A stretch of 64,000 nucleotides of DNA from positions 1 through 64,000 of IMG/VR virus record IMGVR_UViG_3300027708_000029; one strand, 5' to 3'. The position numbers and the translations under genes were made by a program. This DNA comes from a virus (Duplodnaviria; Caudoviricetes). The first letter of the stretch is position 1, and every line of letters begins with the position of its first letter. Under the pieces are notes generated by a model. The model had not been told where the DNA came from and ran no database searches. It saw nothing but the letters and a program-made list of their open reading frames with translations. Shown here piece after piece: positions 40,939 through 50,557 of this stretch.

Positions 40939-42832
40939 TCAATCTCCTTTTGATAAAATGTCTTGAATAGTCATGATCTTATCTAACATTGCCACGCCAA
41001 GAATATCAAACTTGATAATACCTAACGCTTCTAGGTCTTGCATCTCCATGCCAGCTATAAGTTGGTCATTTTTTGAATCATATACCATAGGACACAGAGT
41101 ATTTAATGGTTGAGCACTAATTGCAATACCAGCCGCATGTTTGGACTGATTAGACTTAGTACCTTCTAATCTAATAGCCTGTTCAAACCTTTTGGCAAGT
41201 GGTCCCTGCAATTCATTTTTTTCATCTATATAGCACCATTCTTTCAGTTTATCTGGCTCATTTTCTAAAGCCCACCGAATAATAGATGCTTCGCCGGTTT
41301 CTTCTTTCATTTCTTGAAGATCATCTGCAATTTTAGCTTCATCTGGAATACTTTTAGTAATCTTATTCATTTCATCAAAGGATATATTACCATAAACCCT
41401 TAATACGTCCTTAATGGCACCACGACCCTTAATAGTATTAAATGTAATCATTTGAGAAACCTTATCAGCCCCATAACACTGCTTAATATATTCAATTACA
41501 TTTTCTCTTTTGTTGATAGGTACGTCTACGTCAATATCAGGCATAGAGATATGATCTTTGCTATTTCTTCCAGCATTATAAAATCTATCAAACAATAAGC
41601 CATATTTAATAGGATCAATACTAGTAATACCAATTAAATAAGAAACTAGACAACCAGCAGCACTTCCTCTTCCTGGTCCCGGAAGCCAGTTATTTGTTCT
41701 AACATAATTCACAATATCCTGCACAATTAAAAAGTAACTAGAAAGATCTGCTCCTTGTAGAACCTCTAATTCGTACTTAATTCTATTAACATAATCATTT
41801 TGAAGATCTTTATCTATAACATTAGCAATTTTATCTCTCCAACCATTACGACATAACTGCCTTAAATATTCATCTGGATTTGCCCCATCTGGACAAGAAA
41901 AGGGAGGTAAATGTGGCTTATCTAAGATGTTGTAGTTTTCACATAATGAATCTACTAATTTAGTATTTTCCATTTCTTCTTCTGTATGAAAATGACCCAT
42001 TTCTTCTGGAGATAAGATATGGAAGTTGTCGGATGTAAAAAAGCACCCAAGAGGCACCTCCTCATCGTTACTAATCTTCCTGCTGATCTCTGGGAAGGTC
42101 GTTTTTAAATTATTACAGAGAAGCACCCTTTGATCTACAGCATCCTCCTTACGGCAATAGTGAGCGTCTGGTGTGGAGATGATTTTTGTGTTGGTCATTT
42201 TGGCCAAATCTCTCATAGCACCAGTCAAAACTGTTTGGATAGGAGAATTGGCCGAATCCATTAATTGTGCTTCTAAAAAGAAATTTTCTTTACCAAAAAC
42301 ATCTTTAAGTTTACCAATTTGATCAATACCTATATTTTTCCAGTCGCCAAGTAATTGATTATCAACACTAATCTTATCTGCCAAATAGGATCCAGCATGA
42401 CCACAAAATCCAATAATATTATTATTACAATATTGTGCAAGAGTCTCTATATTTAGTCTTGGTTTATGATAAAAATGATCGGGTTGATTAGACTCAGAAA
42501 CAATTCTAATAAGACTCTTCCATCCCTCGTAGTTCTTGGCTAGAATAACAAAGTGAGTTAGGTCTTTATTTTCTTTTGTTTTAATCTTAGGATCTTGATC
42601 ACAAATATAAATCTCACACCCTAAAATAGGTTTAATACCCTTCTTCTTCATTTCTGTATAAAATTTAACTGATCCAGCAATATTACCATGATCAGTCAAT
42701 GCGCAAGAAGTTGCACCTATTTCCTGACATCTTTCAGCAATAGTTCTCGGTTGCGATAGTCCATCCAAAAGTGAGTACATAGCCCACCTAAGAATGGACA
42801 TGCAGAGGCACATATCCTCTAGTCATGTCCAT
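40939..42832 (-). CDS. dnaE: DNA polymerase III alpha, N-terminal half (PHP plus palm); reading frame interrupted by a 10-nt insert at 42781-42790
   Basis: AAGGAG RBS, ATG at 42832, MDMTRGYVPLHVHS-TAG; main frame MYSLLDG, ALTDHG, GRGSAAG, PDIDVD, KFDILG. Confidence 0.9.
42794..42832 (-). promoter_or_regulatory. mRNA stem-loop spanning the dnaE leader, directly 5' of TCT-TAG
   Basis: ATGGACATG pairs with CATGTCCAT (9 bp) and AGAGG with CCTCT (5 bp) around a 7-nt loop. Confidence 0.7.
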
Positions 42833-42873
42833 ATCTAATTTTCTCCTTATTTCGTTGTTCTAACCAAAAATAT

Positions 42874-43914
42874 TTATACGGTGCCGGGTGCTTTGTAGTG
42901 ACCTATACTATAGCCGGGAGCTTGATACTTGTCAATGACAGCTTTCATCCCAGTTGTGTCTATATCATGTTTAACTTGTTCGCACTTTGTCATACATTGG
43001 TCTTTAGCTGTTAGTTGACCATCTCTATATTCTGTTAATGGTTGTATTGAACTATTAGCAAATGTACTTTTCCCAAAGTGGCATAACTTACTGCATTTCC
43101 AACTTTTATTTAGTTGTGGCTTTTGAGTATTCTTTATAGTCTCAAATTTTTGTTTCAACATGATTTCTGTTTTGTATAGATCTGTTTTATCAAAACAAAT
43201 AGTAAATGCTCCACCATCATTGATGAAATTAATAGATATCATTACGTGTTCGATCTCTGGGTACATATGCTGAATAGCATAGTGATATATTCTTAATTGA
43301 GGATCATTTTGTAATTTTTCTAAAGTTTTTTCTTCTCCAGTAGCCCAGTCTAATCTTCGTCCTGTTTTCCAATCAATAACTTCTAGAGTATTGTTATTGA
43401 CTTTGGTAATAAGATCAATAGTGCCTTTTATAGCAAGATTTCCTTCAAGGATTCCATCTTTGGTTTCATATCGGTATGATGACCAGGGTTTCTTAATCTC
43501 AAGATCAAAGCGTTGTTCTGGCTGAACGATATGTCTATTCCTAGGATCAAACATACCCTTATTATATTCTAAAGCTTTATTAATCCATGCATGACAATCT
43601 TTATGATCTTTTGGTTCCCAAACATGATGAGTGAACTGAGAAGTATAATATTCATATACTTGATCAGTTATTTTTTTGATACTATAATTATTAATGTCTA
43701 CTTTTCCGACAACATCATCCTCAAAAATTGGACTATTGTTTTGGGTATTTAGTTTAATAAATGCTAAGATTTCTAAAGCCTTATGACAAATAGTTCCTTT
43801 GTCTGCTTTTTTATTTGATGGAGATCTTAAACCAAGGATATACTCAAAAAAATATTGCTGTGGACACATAGAGTGTGTGCCATAAGAACTACTTCTTAGA
43901 TATGTAATTATAAT
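42874..43914 (-). CDS. PD-(D/E)XK Cas4/RecB-like exonuclease; probable non-AUG start
   Basis: GTICH..LE, GTIDL, VIDWKTG, QLRIY; Cys at the N-terminus and C-terminus; the frame extends upstream as IIITYLRSSSY, providing the usual N-terminal S-x-S strand. Confidence 0.85.
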   Translation of the reverse strand: MIITYLRSSSYGTHSMCPQQYFFEYILGLRSPSNKKADKGTICHKALEILAFIKLNTQNNSPIFEDDVVGKVDINNYSIKKITDQVYEYYTSQFTHHVWEPKDHKDCHAWINKALEYNKGMFDPRNRHIVQPEQRFDLEIKKPWSSYRYETKDGILEGNLAIKGTIDLITKVNNNTLEVIDWKTGRRLDWATGEEKTLEKLQNDPQLRIYHYAIQHMYPEIEHVMISINFINDGGAFTICFDKTDLYKTEIMLKQKFETIKNTQKPQLNKSWKCSKLCHFGKSTFANSSIQPLTEYRDGQLTAKDQCMTKCEQVKHDIDTTGMKAVIDKYQAPGYSIGHYKAPGTV

Positions 43915-44504
43915 GTGAATATTCCTTTTTCTTTTAAGAAAGCTACTATTAATTCTGACTGTTGGAAAATATTTAATCTATCATTTTGAACAAATGAATC
44001 AAACTTCCACGGAGAATATTTTTCTGGATCTAGCGCTGTTTCGCTTGGATGATCTGAATGATATGGATTTCTAGTAAGTTTTATTACTAGTCCACCAACA
44101 GCTTGAATAGCTTCCACTTCATTGGGAAATCTGCAATCAGCTATAATAGCCAAATCTGGTTTTTCATTCTTTATTCTGTTAATAGTAGCACTAGTCCATA
44201 CATCATTTTTCATTTTACGAAATAAATCAGTACCAACAAATTGCATAACTTCTCTAGCTGTGAGATTTTTACCTTCCCATGAAATATCTGTTTCTGTATT
44301 CTTATCCGTATCTTCTCCGTAACATTGCTGATAAGTTAATCCAAGTATATTTATACATATTTCTTGTTTGAGTGGATCAGCAAAATTATATATCTTAACA
44401 GAACGATCTTCTCCTACATTAGCTTTATAATAACCCAAAACAGCTTCTGCACAGGTTGTTTTACCGGATTGTTTTCTACCAGCGAACGCTATAATCTTGG
44501 TCAT
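43908..44504 (-). CDS. Deoxynucleoside monophosphate kinase
   Basis: GRKQSGKTT, FADPLK, REVMQFVGTD, DCRFPNE, HPSETALD. Confidence 0.9.
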   Translation of the reverse strand: MTKIIAFAGRKQSGKTTCAEAVLGYYKANVGEDRSVKIYNFADPLKQEICINILGLTYQQCYGEDTDKNTETDISWEGKNLTAREVMQFVGTDLFRKMKNDVWTSATINRIKNEKPDLAIIADCRFPNEVEAIQAVGGLVIKLTRNPYHSDHPSETALDPEKYSPWKFDSFVQNDRLNIFQQSELIVAFLKEKGIFTL

Positions 44505-45652
44505 ACAATGCTTTCTAAGAATGGTTTAATTTCTGTTTCTATTTCTGATTTAGTCATTTCGCCGATATCTGATTTTGAAATTTGTGGAATAAATATTCTA
44601 TATGTATTTTTACATTTTTCTTTAATCTGTTCAGCAGCTTTTCTGCCAGCATCATCATTATCTGTTAATATAACAATAGTCATAGCGCCAGAAGAATCAA
44701 GCATAATTTTTTGCCTATCACTCAGAGAAGAACCAAATATAGCTACACTATTATGTATTCCACTTTCTTCTAATCTCCATACATTTCCTGGGCTTTCAAC
44801 TATTATAGCTATTGTACTTTTAATAATATGTTCTTTTGCAAACCAGAAATTATATAGACAGTTTTGACTTTTAAAGTTTGCGCTATGTTTCCACTTGGAA
44901 GATAACCATTTCTTTTCATCAGATGGACAGGCCTCTTCTGAATCATGATATGATGAACATTTAGGGCATTTTTCAGATATACTCCTACCGGAACATCCTA
45001 TCATATGGGTATAGTCATTATTATAGATTGGAACAACAACCCTATTAGACATCTCTTTATTTGGCTTATTACAAAATCCAATATCATATTTATTAAGTAT
45101 CTCTAATGAGTATCCTCTACTTAAATAATACTCAGCTGGCATTATCAAAGACTTTCTCACTTGTTCTCTTGTAGGAAGTTGTGATACTGGAGCTTGTGTA
45201 GCTGTAGCATTACCAATATAGTTAATAGTACTAGTAAATAATTTTTTATCTTTATCTGAACTAGATATCTTGATATTCTTTAAGTCTTTCTTAATGAACT
45301 TGAGAGCAAAGTCTAAAGCATCATTAAAAGAACAGGCCTTATCTCCATCTTTTTCCCAGCCATGCTTTTGATGAGATAATACCCCTCTGATAAAACCTAT
45401 TACTGATGCTTTAAATACTTTATCACATCCATGTGTTCTACACTTCCAATTACCTCGATATCGATCTCCTTCTGGATATAGATTGATAGCTGAGATGTTG
45501 TCTCCACCGTGGATAGGACAAGCCATTGAAATCATCTTATTATTTGATCTATACTCAATATTAAAAAAGTCTAGTAAGGTATCAATATTATCACATACCT
45601 CATCACAAACTATTTTAAGCTTGTGTTGATCATTCAAATGGGATTTCTTCAT
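44501..45652 (-). CDS. dnaG: DNA primase (CHC2 zinc finger plus TOPRIM)
   Basis: CPIHGGDN...WKC, RVVVPI, IVESPG, LTDNDDAG; likely start MKKSH at 45652. Confidence 0.88.
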   Translation of the reverse strand: MKKSHLNDQHKLKIVCDEVCDNIDTLLDFFNIEYRSNNKMISMACPIHGGDNISAINLYPEGDRYRGNWKCRTHGCDKVFKASVIGFIRGVLSHQKHGWEKDGDKACSFNDALDFALKFIKKDLKNIKISSSDKDKKLFTSTINYIGNATATQAPVSQLPTREQVRKSLIMPAEYYLSRGYSLEILNKYDIGFCNKPNKEMSNRVVVPIYNNDYTHMIGCSGRSISEKCPKCSSYHDSEEACPSDEKKWLSSKWKHSANFKSQNCLYNFWFAKEHIIKSTIAIIVESPGNVWRLEESGIHNSVAIFGSSLSDRQKIMLDSSGAMTIVILTDNDDAGRKAAEQIKEKCKNTYRIFIPQISKSDIGEMTKSEIETEIKPFLESIV

Positions 45653-47084
45653 TATTTTGTTCTTCAACAACAAATCCATCAGATGCGCCACCTTTATTAT
45701 TAATGACTTCTAATCTTGTTCTGCCTTCAGTAATCTTTGCACACCAACCCTTCATGTGGCAGTTAATGTAATCATTATCGTCTAGTCCACCTCCATGTCT
45801 GCTAATTAAAGGAACTAGTTTACGATTGCCATTATCTGGACCATCTTCAGCAATCTCTTCAGGAGTTTTTCTCTTAAAAATACTAAAGTTACTACACAAC
45901 CAAATGATTCTATCTGAACCACTTGCTGTATCTGTGCTTTCCTTTGTAATACCATCTCTATTTAATTGGATAAATGCAACAATAGGAACCTTATATCTAA
46001 CAGCAAAGTTATGCAGAGAGGTCATCATAAAACCAAGAACCTGATATTCTTTTAGGTCTTGGCTCATACCAGCACTATCCATTAGTTTTAAATAGTCATA
46101 GAAAATGACACAATCTTTTGCTGTGCCATCATCATTAAGACCAACTTCTTTTAAAACCCAACGTCTCATAATAGCTAGCTGATCTTCAAATGGTTTACCA
46201 GCAATACTTTTATGAAAGAATGGTGTTTTCTTAATTTCTTCTACTGCTTGTAGTAATTTAGTTTTCTTATCTGGTGATTCTGCAAACTTACCAGTTTCAA
46301 TTGCATTGATCTCAATTTCGGTCATCATTGCTAAGATTCTGTTAATATGATCTTCTTTATTCATTTCCGTATCCATATTCAATACGGGAACTCCTAGCTT
46401 GGCTACATTACGACCAATATTATCTGATAGTAGAGTTTTACCAGTCTTAGGACGAGCAGCTATAACATTAACCGTGCCTTTTCTTAAACCACCACCAATA
46501 GCTTGATCATATGCTGGAAAACCAGTAGGAATACCAATCTGATCAGTTTTGTTCTCTTCAAGATTACGAATATAGGCATCTAGATCTTTACCAATAGTGA
46601 CAGGATTATTATCACTATCATTTAGCAAAGAAGTAAAATTGAATATCGTTTCTTCTGCAATACCAAGAATAGAACCAATAGGCTCTGTACCATTAACGTC
46701 TAGAATTTTTTCTTGAGCTAATTCAAGTTGTTTTCGTAAAAGTCTAGCAATCTCTAGTTTGCGAATCTTAGCAGCAAATTTACGAACATTATCTAAAGCT
46801 ACTGGAAAATCAATGATAGCTCTAAGATGTTGAACCTCTTCCTTTTTGCTTAAGATATGTCCATAACCCAATTCTTCTGCTACTGAAAAAATAGTAGCCA
46901 CATCGATATTAGGCTTTTGTTCTCTTTCACAAACAGTTTTAAGACATTTGTAAATGATAGAATTACTATCAATAGTAAATGATGTATCCTGAATAATATC
47001 AGCAATATCTAAATAAGCATCTTCGCCATAATTACATATTCCAGATAAAACAGCACGTTCTGCTGCAACGTCACAAAGTATCAT
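45630..47084 (-). CDS. dnaB: Replicative DNA helicase
   Basis: AERAVL, GIPTGF, AARPKTGKT, DYLKL, QLNR. Confidence 0.93.
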   Translation of the reverse strand: MILCDVAAERAVLSGICNYGEDAYLDIADIIQDTSFTIDSNSIIYKCLKTVCEREQKPNIDVATIFSVAEELGYGHILSKKEEVQHLRAIIDFPVALDNVRKFAAKIRKLEIARLLRKQLELAQEKILDVNGTEPIGSILGIAEETIFNFTSLLNDSDNNPVTIGKDLDAYIRNLEENKTDQIGIPTGFPAYDQAIGGGLRKGTVNVIAARPKTGKTLLSDNIGRNVAKLGVPVLNMDTEMNKEDHINRILAMMTEIEINAIETGKFAESPDKKTKLLQAVEEIKKTPFFHKSIAGKPFEDQLAIMRRWVLKEVGLNDDGTAKDCVIFYDYLKLMDSAGMSQDLKEYQVLGFMMTSLHNFAVRYKVPIVAFIQLNRDGITKESTDTASGSDRIIWLCSNFSIFKRKTPEEIAEDGPDNGNRKLVPLISRHGGGLDDNDYINCHMKGWCAKITEGRTRLEVINNKGGASDGFVVEEQNNEEIPFE

Positions 47085-47085
47085 A

Positions 47086-47478
47086 TTAGCCTGCTGCTCC
47101 GGAACATTTGTTACACTTATATCTGTCTATTGAGTCTGTAATTAGCACTGGATTAACAGTCTCTTTCTTTCCACAAACTCTACAAATAGCAGTGACCAAA
47201 TTGAATGGTCTAGCTCTTGGTACTGGGGGCTGAACTATTAATTTCTTATCTATTTCAATGTCTTCCATATGCATTCTTTTTTCCATCATAGCATCAAACT
47301 TATTATTTGAAGACTTTGATGTTGAAGGTTTACTCTTGTTATTGGTACGAGGAGTTTTCTTCTTAGTCTTCAAGTCATTCTGCTCTGACGAAGCATTGTC
47401 CTGCTTTGGCAGCATAGACTGAAGCATTAAAATCATCTGCTGTATTTGCTGAGGATCTAAGTTCATATTATTGTCCAT
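47086..47478 (-). CDS. Hypothetical protein with a C-terminal zinc finger
   Basis: CRVC...CNKC. Confidence 0.6.
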   Translation of the reverse strand: MDNNMNLDPQQIQQMILMLQSMLPKQDNASSEQNDLKTKKKTPRTNNKSKPSTSKSSNNKFDAMMEKRMHMEDIEIDKKLIVQPPVPRARPFNLVTAICRVCGKKETVNPVLITDSIDRYKCNKCSGAAG

Positions 47479-47962
47479 GTTTAGTCACTTTCATTCTTTG
47501 AATAGCAATTAAAATATCTGATAAATTCTTAATAGAGTTAGCTATATATGATAAACGATCAGTTCTTTGTTTAGCATAAATCTTAATTTTATTTAAGGAT
47601 TGAGCTTTATCATTATGTTTAATTGCCTGATTAGATTTTTCAACGTATCCATAACCTTTATAATTATTGATATCATCTGCTATTACTATCTTAGTAGTAT
47701 CTTCTGCCCAATTATATCTAGCTATTTCTCTATTAATAGTTCGTTGAACATGAAAAGAGAACTGTGCTAATCTATAAGATATCTGACCACAATCTTCTGG
47801 AGTTAATTTTTCTAATTCATCTCTATTCATAGATAGATAGCTATTTAGTTCTGCTTCTGGCAAACCTCCAGCAGAATATCTAGGAAGACCTAGATTATTT
47901 TCATATTCATCTAGAAGATTATCCCAATCTTGTAATTCTTCTTTAGCAGTTTTATTGCTCAT
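47468..47962 (-). CDS. Helical hypothetical protein, possibly a UvsY-like recombination mediator
   Basis: Coiled-coil pattern and position near recA and dnaB; function inferred only. Confidence 0.45.
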   Translation of the reverse strand: MSNKTAKEELQDWDNLLDEYENNLGLPRYSAGGLPEAELNSYLSMNRDELEKLTPEDCGQISYRLAQFSFHVQRTINREIARYNWAEDTTKIVIADDINNYKGYGYVEKSNQAIKHNDKAQSLNKIKIYAKQRTDRLSYIANSIKNLSDILIAIQRMKVTKHGQ

Positions 47963-48362
47963 TTTTAATCCTATTAGACCAAAGTTCTACATCTTCATGA
48001 AATGGCAACTCAATATAAGTTATACCATTTATATCACACCATTCCTGTTTTTCCTGATCTCTCTTCTTGTGTCTAACAAATCCTAGCAAAGTGTTATGAT
48101 AGAATGGCACAAATTTATAATGTTGCTCTCCATGCACCTCTATTGTTTTCTTTAATAGAGGGATATAAAAATCTAAGTATAAAGTTTCTGATCTTCTTAG
48201 AGGAATTGCCACTTCTTCCAGAATTTGCATCGTGGGGAAGCATTTATGTAGTAAGTCCCTAGCAACCAAGTGCAAGGACGATTTGTTTTTAGCTTTCCCA
48301 TGCGCAATGCCTCCAATAAGTTGCCAATTACACATGTTACCATCAAGATCTTTTACTTGCAT
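47952..48362 (-). CDS. Vsr/DUF559-like endonuclease
   Basis: LDFYIP..IEVHGEQHY...RD..K..WC. Confidence 0.75.
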   Translation of the reverse strand: MQVKDLDGNMCNWQLIGGIAHGKAKNKSSLHLVARDLLHKCFPTMQILEEVAIPLRRSETLYLDFYIPLLKKTIEVHGEQHYKFVPFYHNTLLGFVRHKKRDQEKQEWCDINGITYIELPFHEDVELWSNRIKNEQ

Positions 48363-49378
48363 TTAATGCCCATTGTTTCCTTGACTTGTGCTAGTAAACT
48401 ATCGTAGACAGCAGGATTATCTACTATATACTGTCTTAGTTTTTCTGTTCCTTGAAATTTAGGCTTGTCTGTAACTGATGTTAGAGTATACCAAGCGCCA
48501 CCCTTTTGTATAATACCAATATCAACTGCAAGCATGAGCAATTCCATTTGCTTATCTATGCCCTGACCATATCGAATATAGCTAGTAATAGTTCCGCCGG
48601 GAGCGCCTAATGCAGAGCACATTACTTGCCATTGAATTTCTTGACCAATTTGTTGACCATCTTCTGCTGATCCAATTTTCCAAGCGGTGTGGAACTTAGC
48701 TCTTAGTTTAATATCTGTTTGATAAGCAATAGCCTGACCACTCTTTTCTTTCCATTCAACATGACCAGTACCTGGATTACCCATTAAGTGAGTAATACCA
48801 ATAACAATATTTCTATTCACAGGAATAACATTCGCCACCTTCCTGCAAAACTTAGCCAATAGTTTAGCCCCATCCGCTCTTTGCATTTTGTTCATATCGC
48901 TAGTGATTTCTGTTTCAGTACATAATGCAGAGTAGGAGTCTATGATAAGAACACATCCAGGAATTTCATTAATAATTCTCTCTCCAATCTGGAGATATTC
49001 TTCTGCATGTAAAATCTTACCTTGCTGAGAACCTATAATATGAAATCTATCTAGATCTAATCCTGGAATTCCTTCTAAATCCCTTTTCTTTAATCTACCT
49101 TCAATGTTAAGGTAGTACACTTCTCTACCCTCTTTGAATCCCTGATAAGCATATTCGGGTCTTTGTGCTGTGGCAGCAAAGTCTAAAGAGGTCGTGGTCT
49201 TTCCACATTTCGGTTGTCCGGTTAAAATCATAAAACTTCCTTCTGGGACACCACCATTTAAAATAATGTCCAGAGAAGGGCTCACAGGAATTGTAATGAG
49301 TTTTTTGTCAACAACAGCACTTGCTGTGAGCATGATTTCATTACCGAAATTTTTAATTACGTCTTCTTTGAGACTCAT
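48353..49378 (-). CDS. recA: RecA/UvsX-like recombinase
   Basis: SLDIIL.GGVP.G, GQPKCGKTT, IIDS, I.YGQGID, GAWY. Confidence 0.88.
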   Translation of the reverse strand: MSLKEDVIKNFGNEIMLTASAVVDKKLITIPVSPSLDIILNGGVPEGSFMILTGQPKCGKTTTSLDFAATAQRPEYAYQGFKEGREVYYLNIEGRLKKRDLEGIPGLDLDRFHIIGSQQGKILHAEEYLQIGERIINEIPGCVLIIDSYSALCTETEITSDMNKMQRADGAKLLAKFCRKVANVIPVNRNIVIGITHLMGNPGTGHVEWKEKSGQAIAYQTDIKLRAKFHTAWKIGSAEDGQQIGQEIQWQVMCSALGAPGGTITSYIRYGQGIDKQMELLMLAVDIGIIQKGGAWYTLTSVTDKPKFQGTEKLRQYIVDNPAVYDSLLAQVKETMGIKCK

Positions 49379-49794
49379 TGATCTAAATCCTTAAGTTTGG
49401 AAATAATATTTTTAGAAACTGGTGATTTTATACCAAAAGTGATATTATCTTTTCTTTCAATAGTTAAACTAAGAGTTGTGTTTTCTTGTTTAATATTAAT
49501 TTCTTGTTGTTCTATAATAGCAGGAAGATGGGGTGCTCGCAAAGAATAGATTTTCTTGCCTTGATCAGTATTGAGAGCCCTTATGATTGCTTTAGCTGAA
49601 TATGTCTTAAGTAATTTATGAGCAGAACCTATTTGATTTCTAAAAAAAGTTGCCCACTTATTATGTACCCAGAAACGATAATGTAAATCTAGTTTGTCTT
49701 TTTGGGCTTTTCGTTCACAGATAATCTCTGTAATAAACTGAGCCTGGGACACTTCTTTCCCATTTGAGTACTTAGATATGTATTTGTCGCACAT
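49375..49794 (-). CDS. Hypothetical protein
   Basis: Overlap-coupled ORF within the operon. Confidence 0.65.
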   Translation of the reverse strand: MCDKYISKYSNGKEVSQAQFITEIICERKAQKDKLDLHYRFWVHNKWATFFRNQIGSAHKLLKTYSAKAIIRALNTDQGKKIYSLRAPHLPAIIEQQEINIKQENTTLSLTIERKDNITFGIKSPVSKNIISKLKDLDQ

Positions 49795-50210
49795 TACTTT
49801 TTAAACTGATTTAGTTCCTGACAAACATTTTCCAAAGAATTATGAAATTTTTCAAAAAACTTATCCATATGTATTTTCCAATCATCCTTAGCTTTGACCG
49901 GAACATGATAATATTTTTCTACGATCTCTTTAATCTCCCCAAGATATCCTTTATCGTCTATCTCAGATACTTCTGCTTTAATAAAAAATGTAATTTCATG
50001 AGGAGCTGTTGTAACATGCTTAGAATGTATTACATCTGGGTGTTTTTCTGAAAAGTCTGGAACACCATTAGGATTATTAATATCAATATCTGTAAAACGA
50101 TTATCTTTAATTTCTTCTATAGCAGCATTCAGCTTATTTTCTATAGTAGATAGAAGCTGTTTTTCTTCTTCTGTCAATTGTTCATATATACTTGCAAATG
50201 ATTCTATCAT
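49794..50210 (-). CDS. Hypothetical protein
   Basis: Overlap-coupled ORF within the operon. Confidence 0.65.
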   Translation of the reverse strand: MIESFASIYEQLTEEEKQLLSTIENKLNAAIEEIKDNRFTDIDINNPNGVPDFSEKHPDVIHSKHVTTAPHEITFFIKAEVSEIDDKGYLGEIKEIVEKYYHVPVKAKDDWKIHMDKFFEKFHNSLENVCQELNQFKK

Positions 50211-50215
50211 AATAA

Positions 50216-50557
50216 TTAATTATTAAATGGCCTGAAAATACCTTTTTGATTCTTGCGTCCTTCTGGAGGACTAGCTTTCTTTAGATCGTCATTCATAGCA
50301 GAAGCTTCTTTAGTCATAATAGATACTTTACGAGTACCTCCAGCACTTTCATTAATCATAAGGTTTTTTGATGGAGATTTTCCCATAGGAGAAGAAACAG
50401 TTTTGATAGAAGCTTGAGGGGTAGTAGATGGACTATCTATAACATTCTTAACCTGACTATCAGTAAGAGATAGTTCGTTAGCAATCTTTGGAGAATCCCA
50501 CCCCTGACTATTCAGCCATAGAGCAGCATACTTTTGAATCTTATTAATTCTAGCCAT
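50216..50557 (-). CDS. HTH-containing hypothetical protein
   Basis: QGWDSPKIANELSLTDSQV is HTH-like. Confidence 0.6.
   Translation of the reverse strand: MARINKIQKYAALWLNSQGWDSPKIANELSLTDSQVKNVIDSPSTTPQASIKTVSSPMGKSPSKNLMINESAGGTRKVSIMTKEASAMNDDLKKASPPEGRKNQKGIFRPFNN

Noticed and set aside
41269-41286. 15/18-nt similarity between an internal dnaE site (SIIRWA) and the insert region 42781-42798
   Set aside because: Short, found after the fact, and does not extend; could be chance. Worth a glance only when checking reads for misassembly.
42788-42790. TAG reassignment or readthrough as the explanation for the dnaE stop
   Set aside because: Readthrough stays in the wrong frame and soon meets TGA. 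TAG ends ordinary genes here (13626-13628, 30020-30022), and long ORFs are intact in code 11.
42874-43914. Cas4-like gene as part of a CRISPR-Cas system
   Set aside because: No array or other cas genes; solo Cas4-like nucleases are common in phage replication modules.
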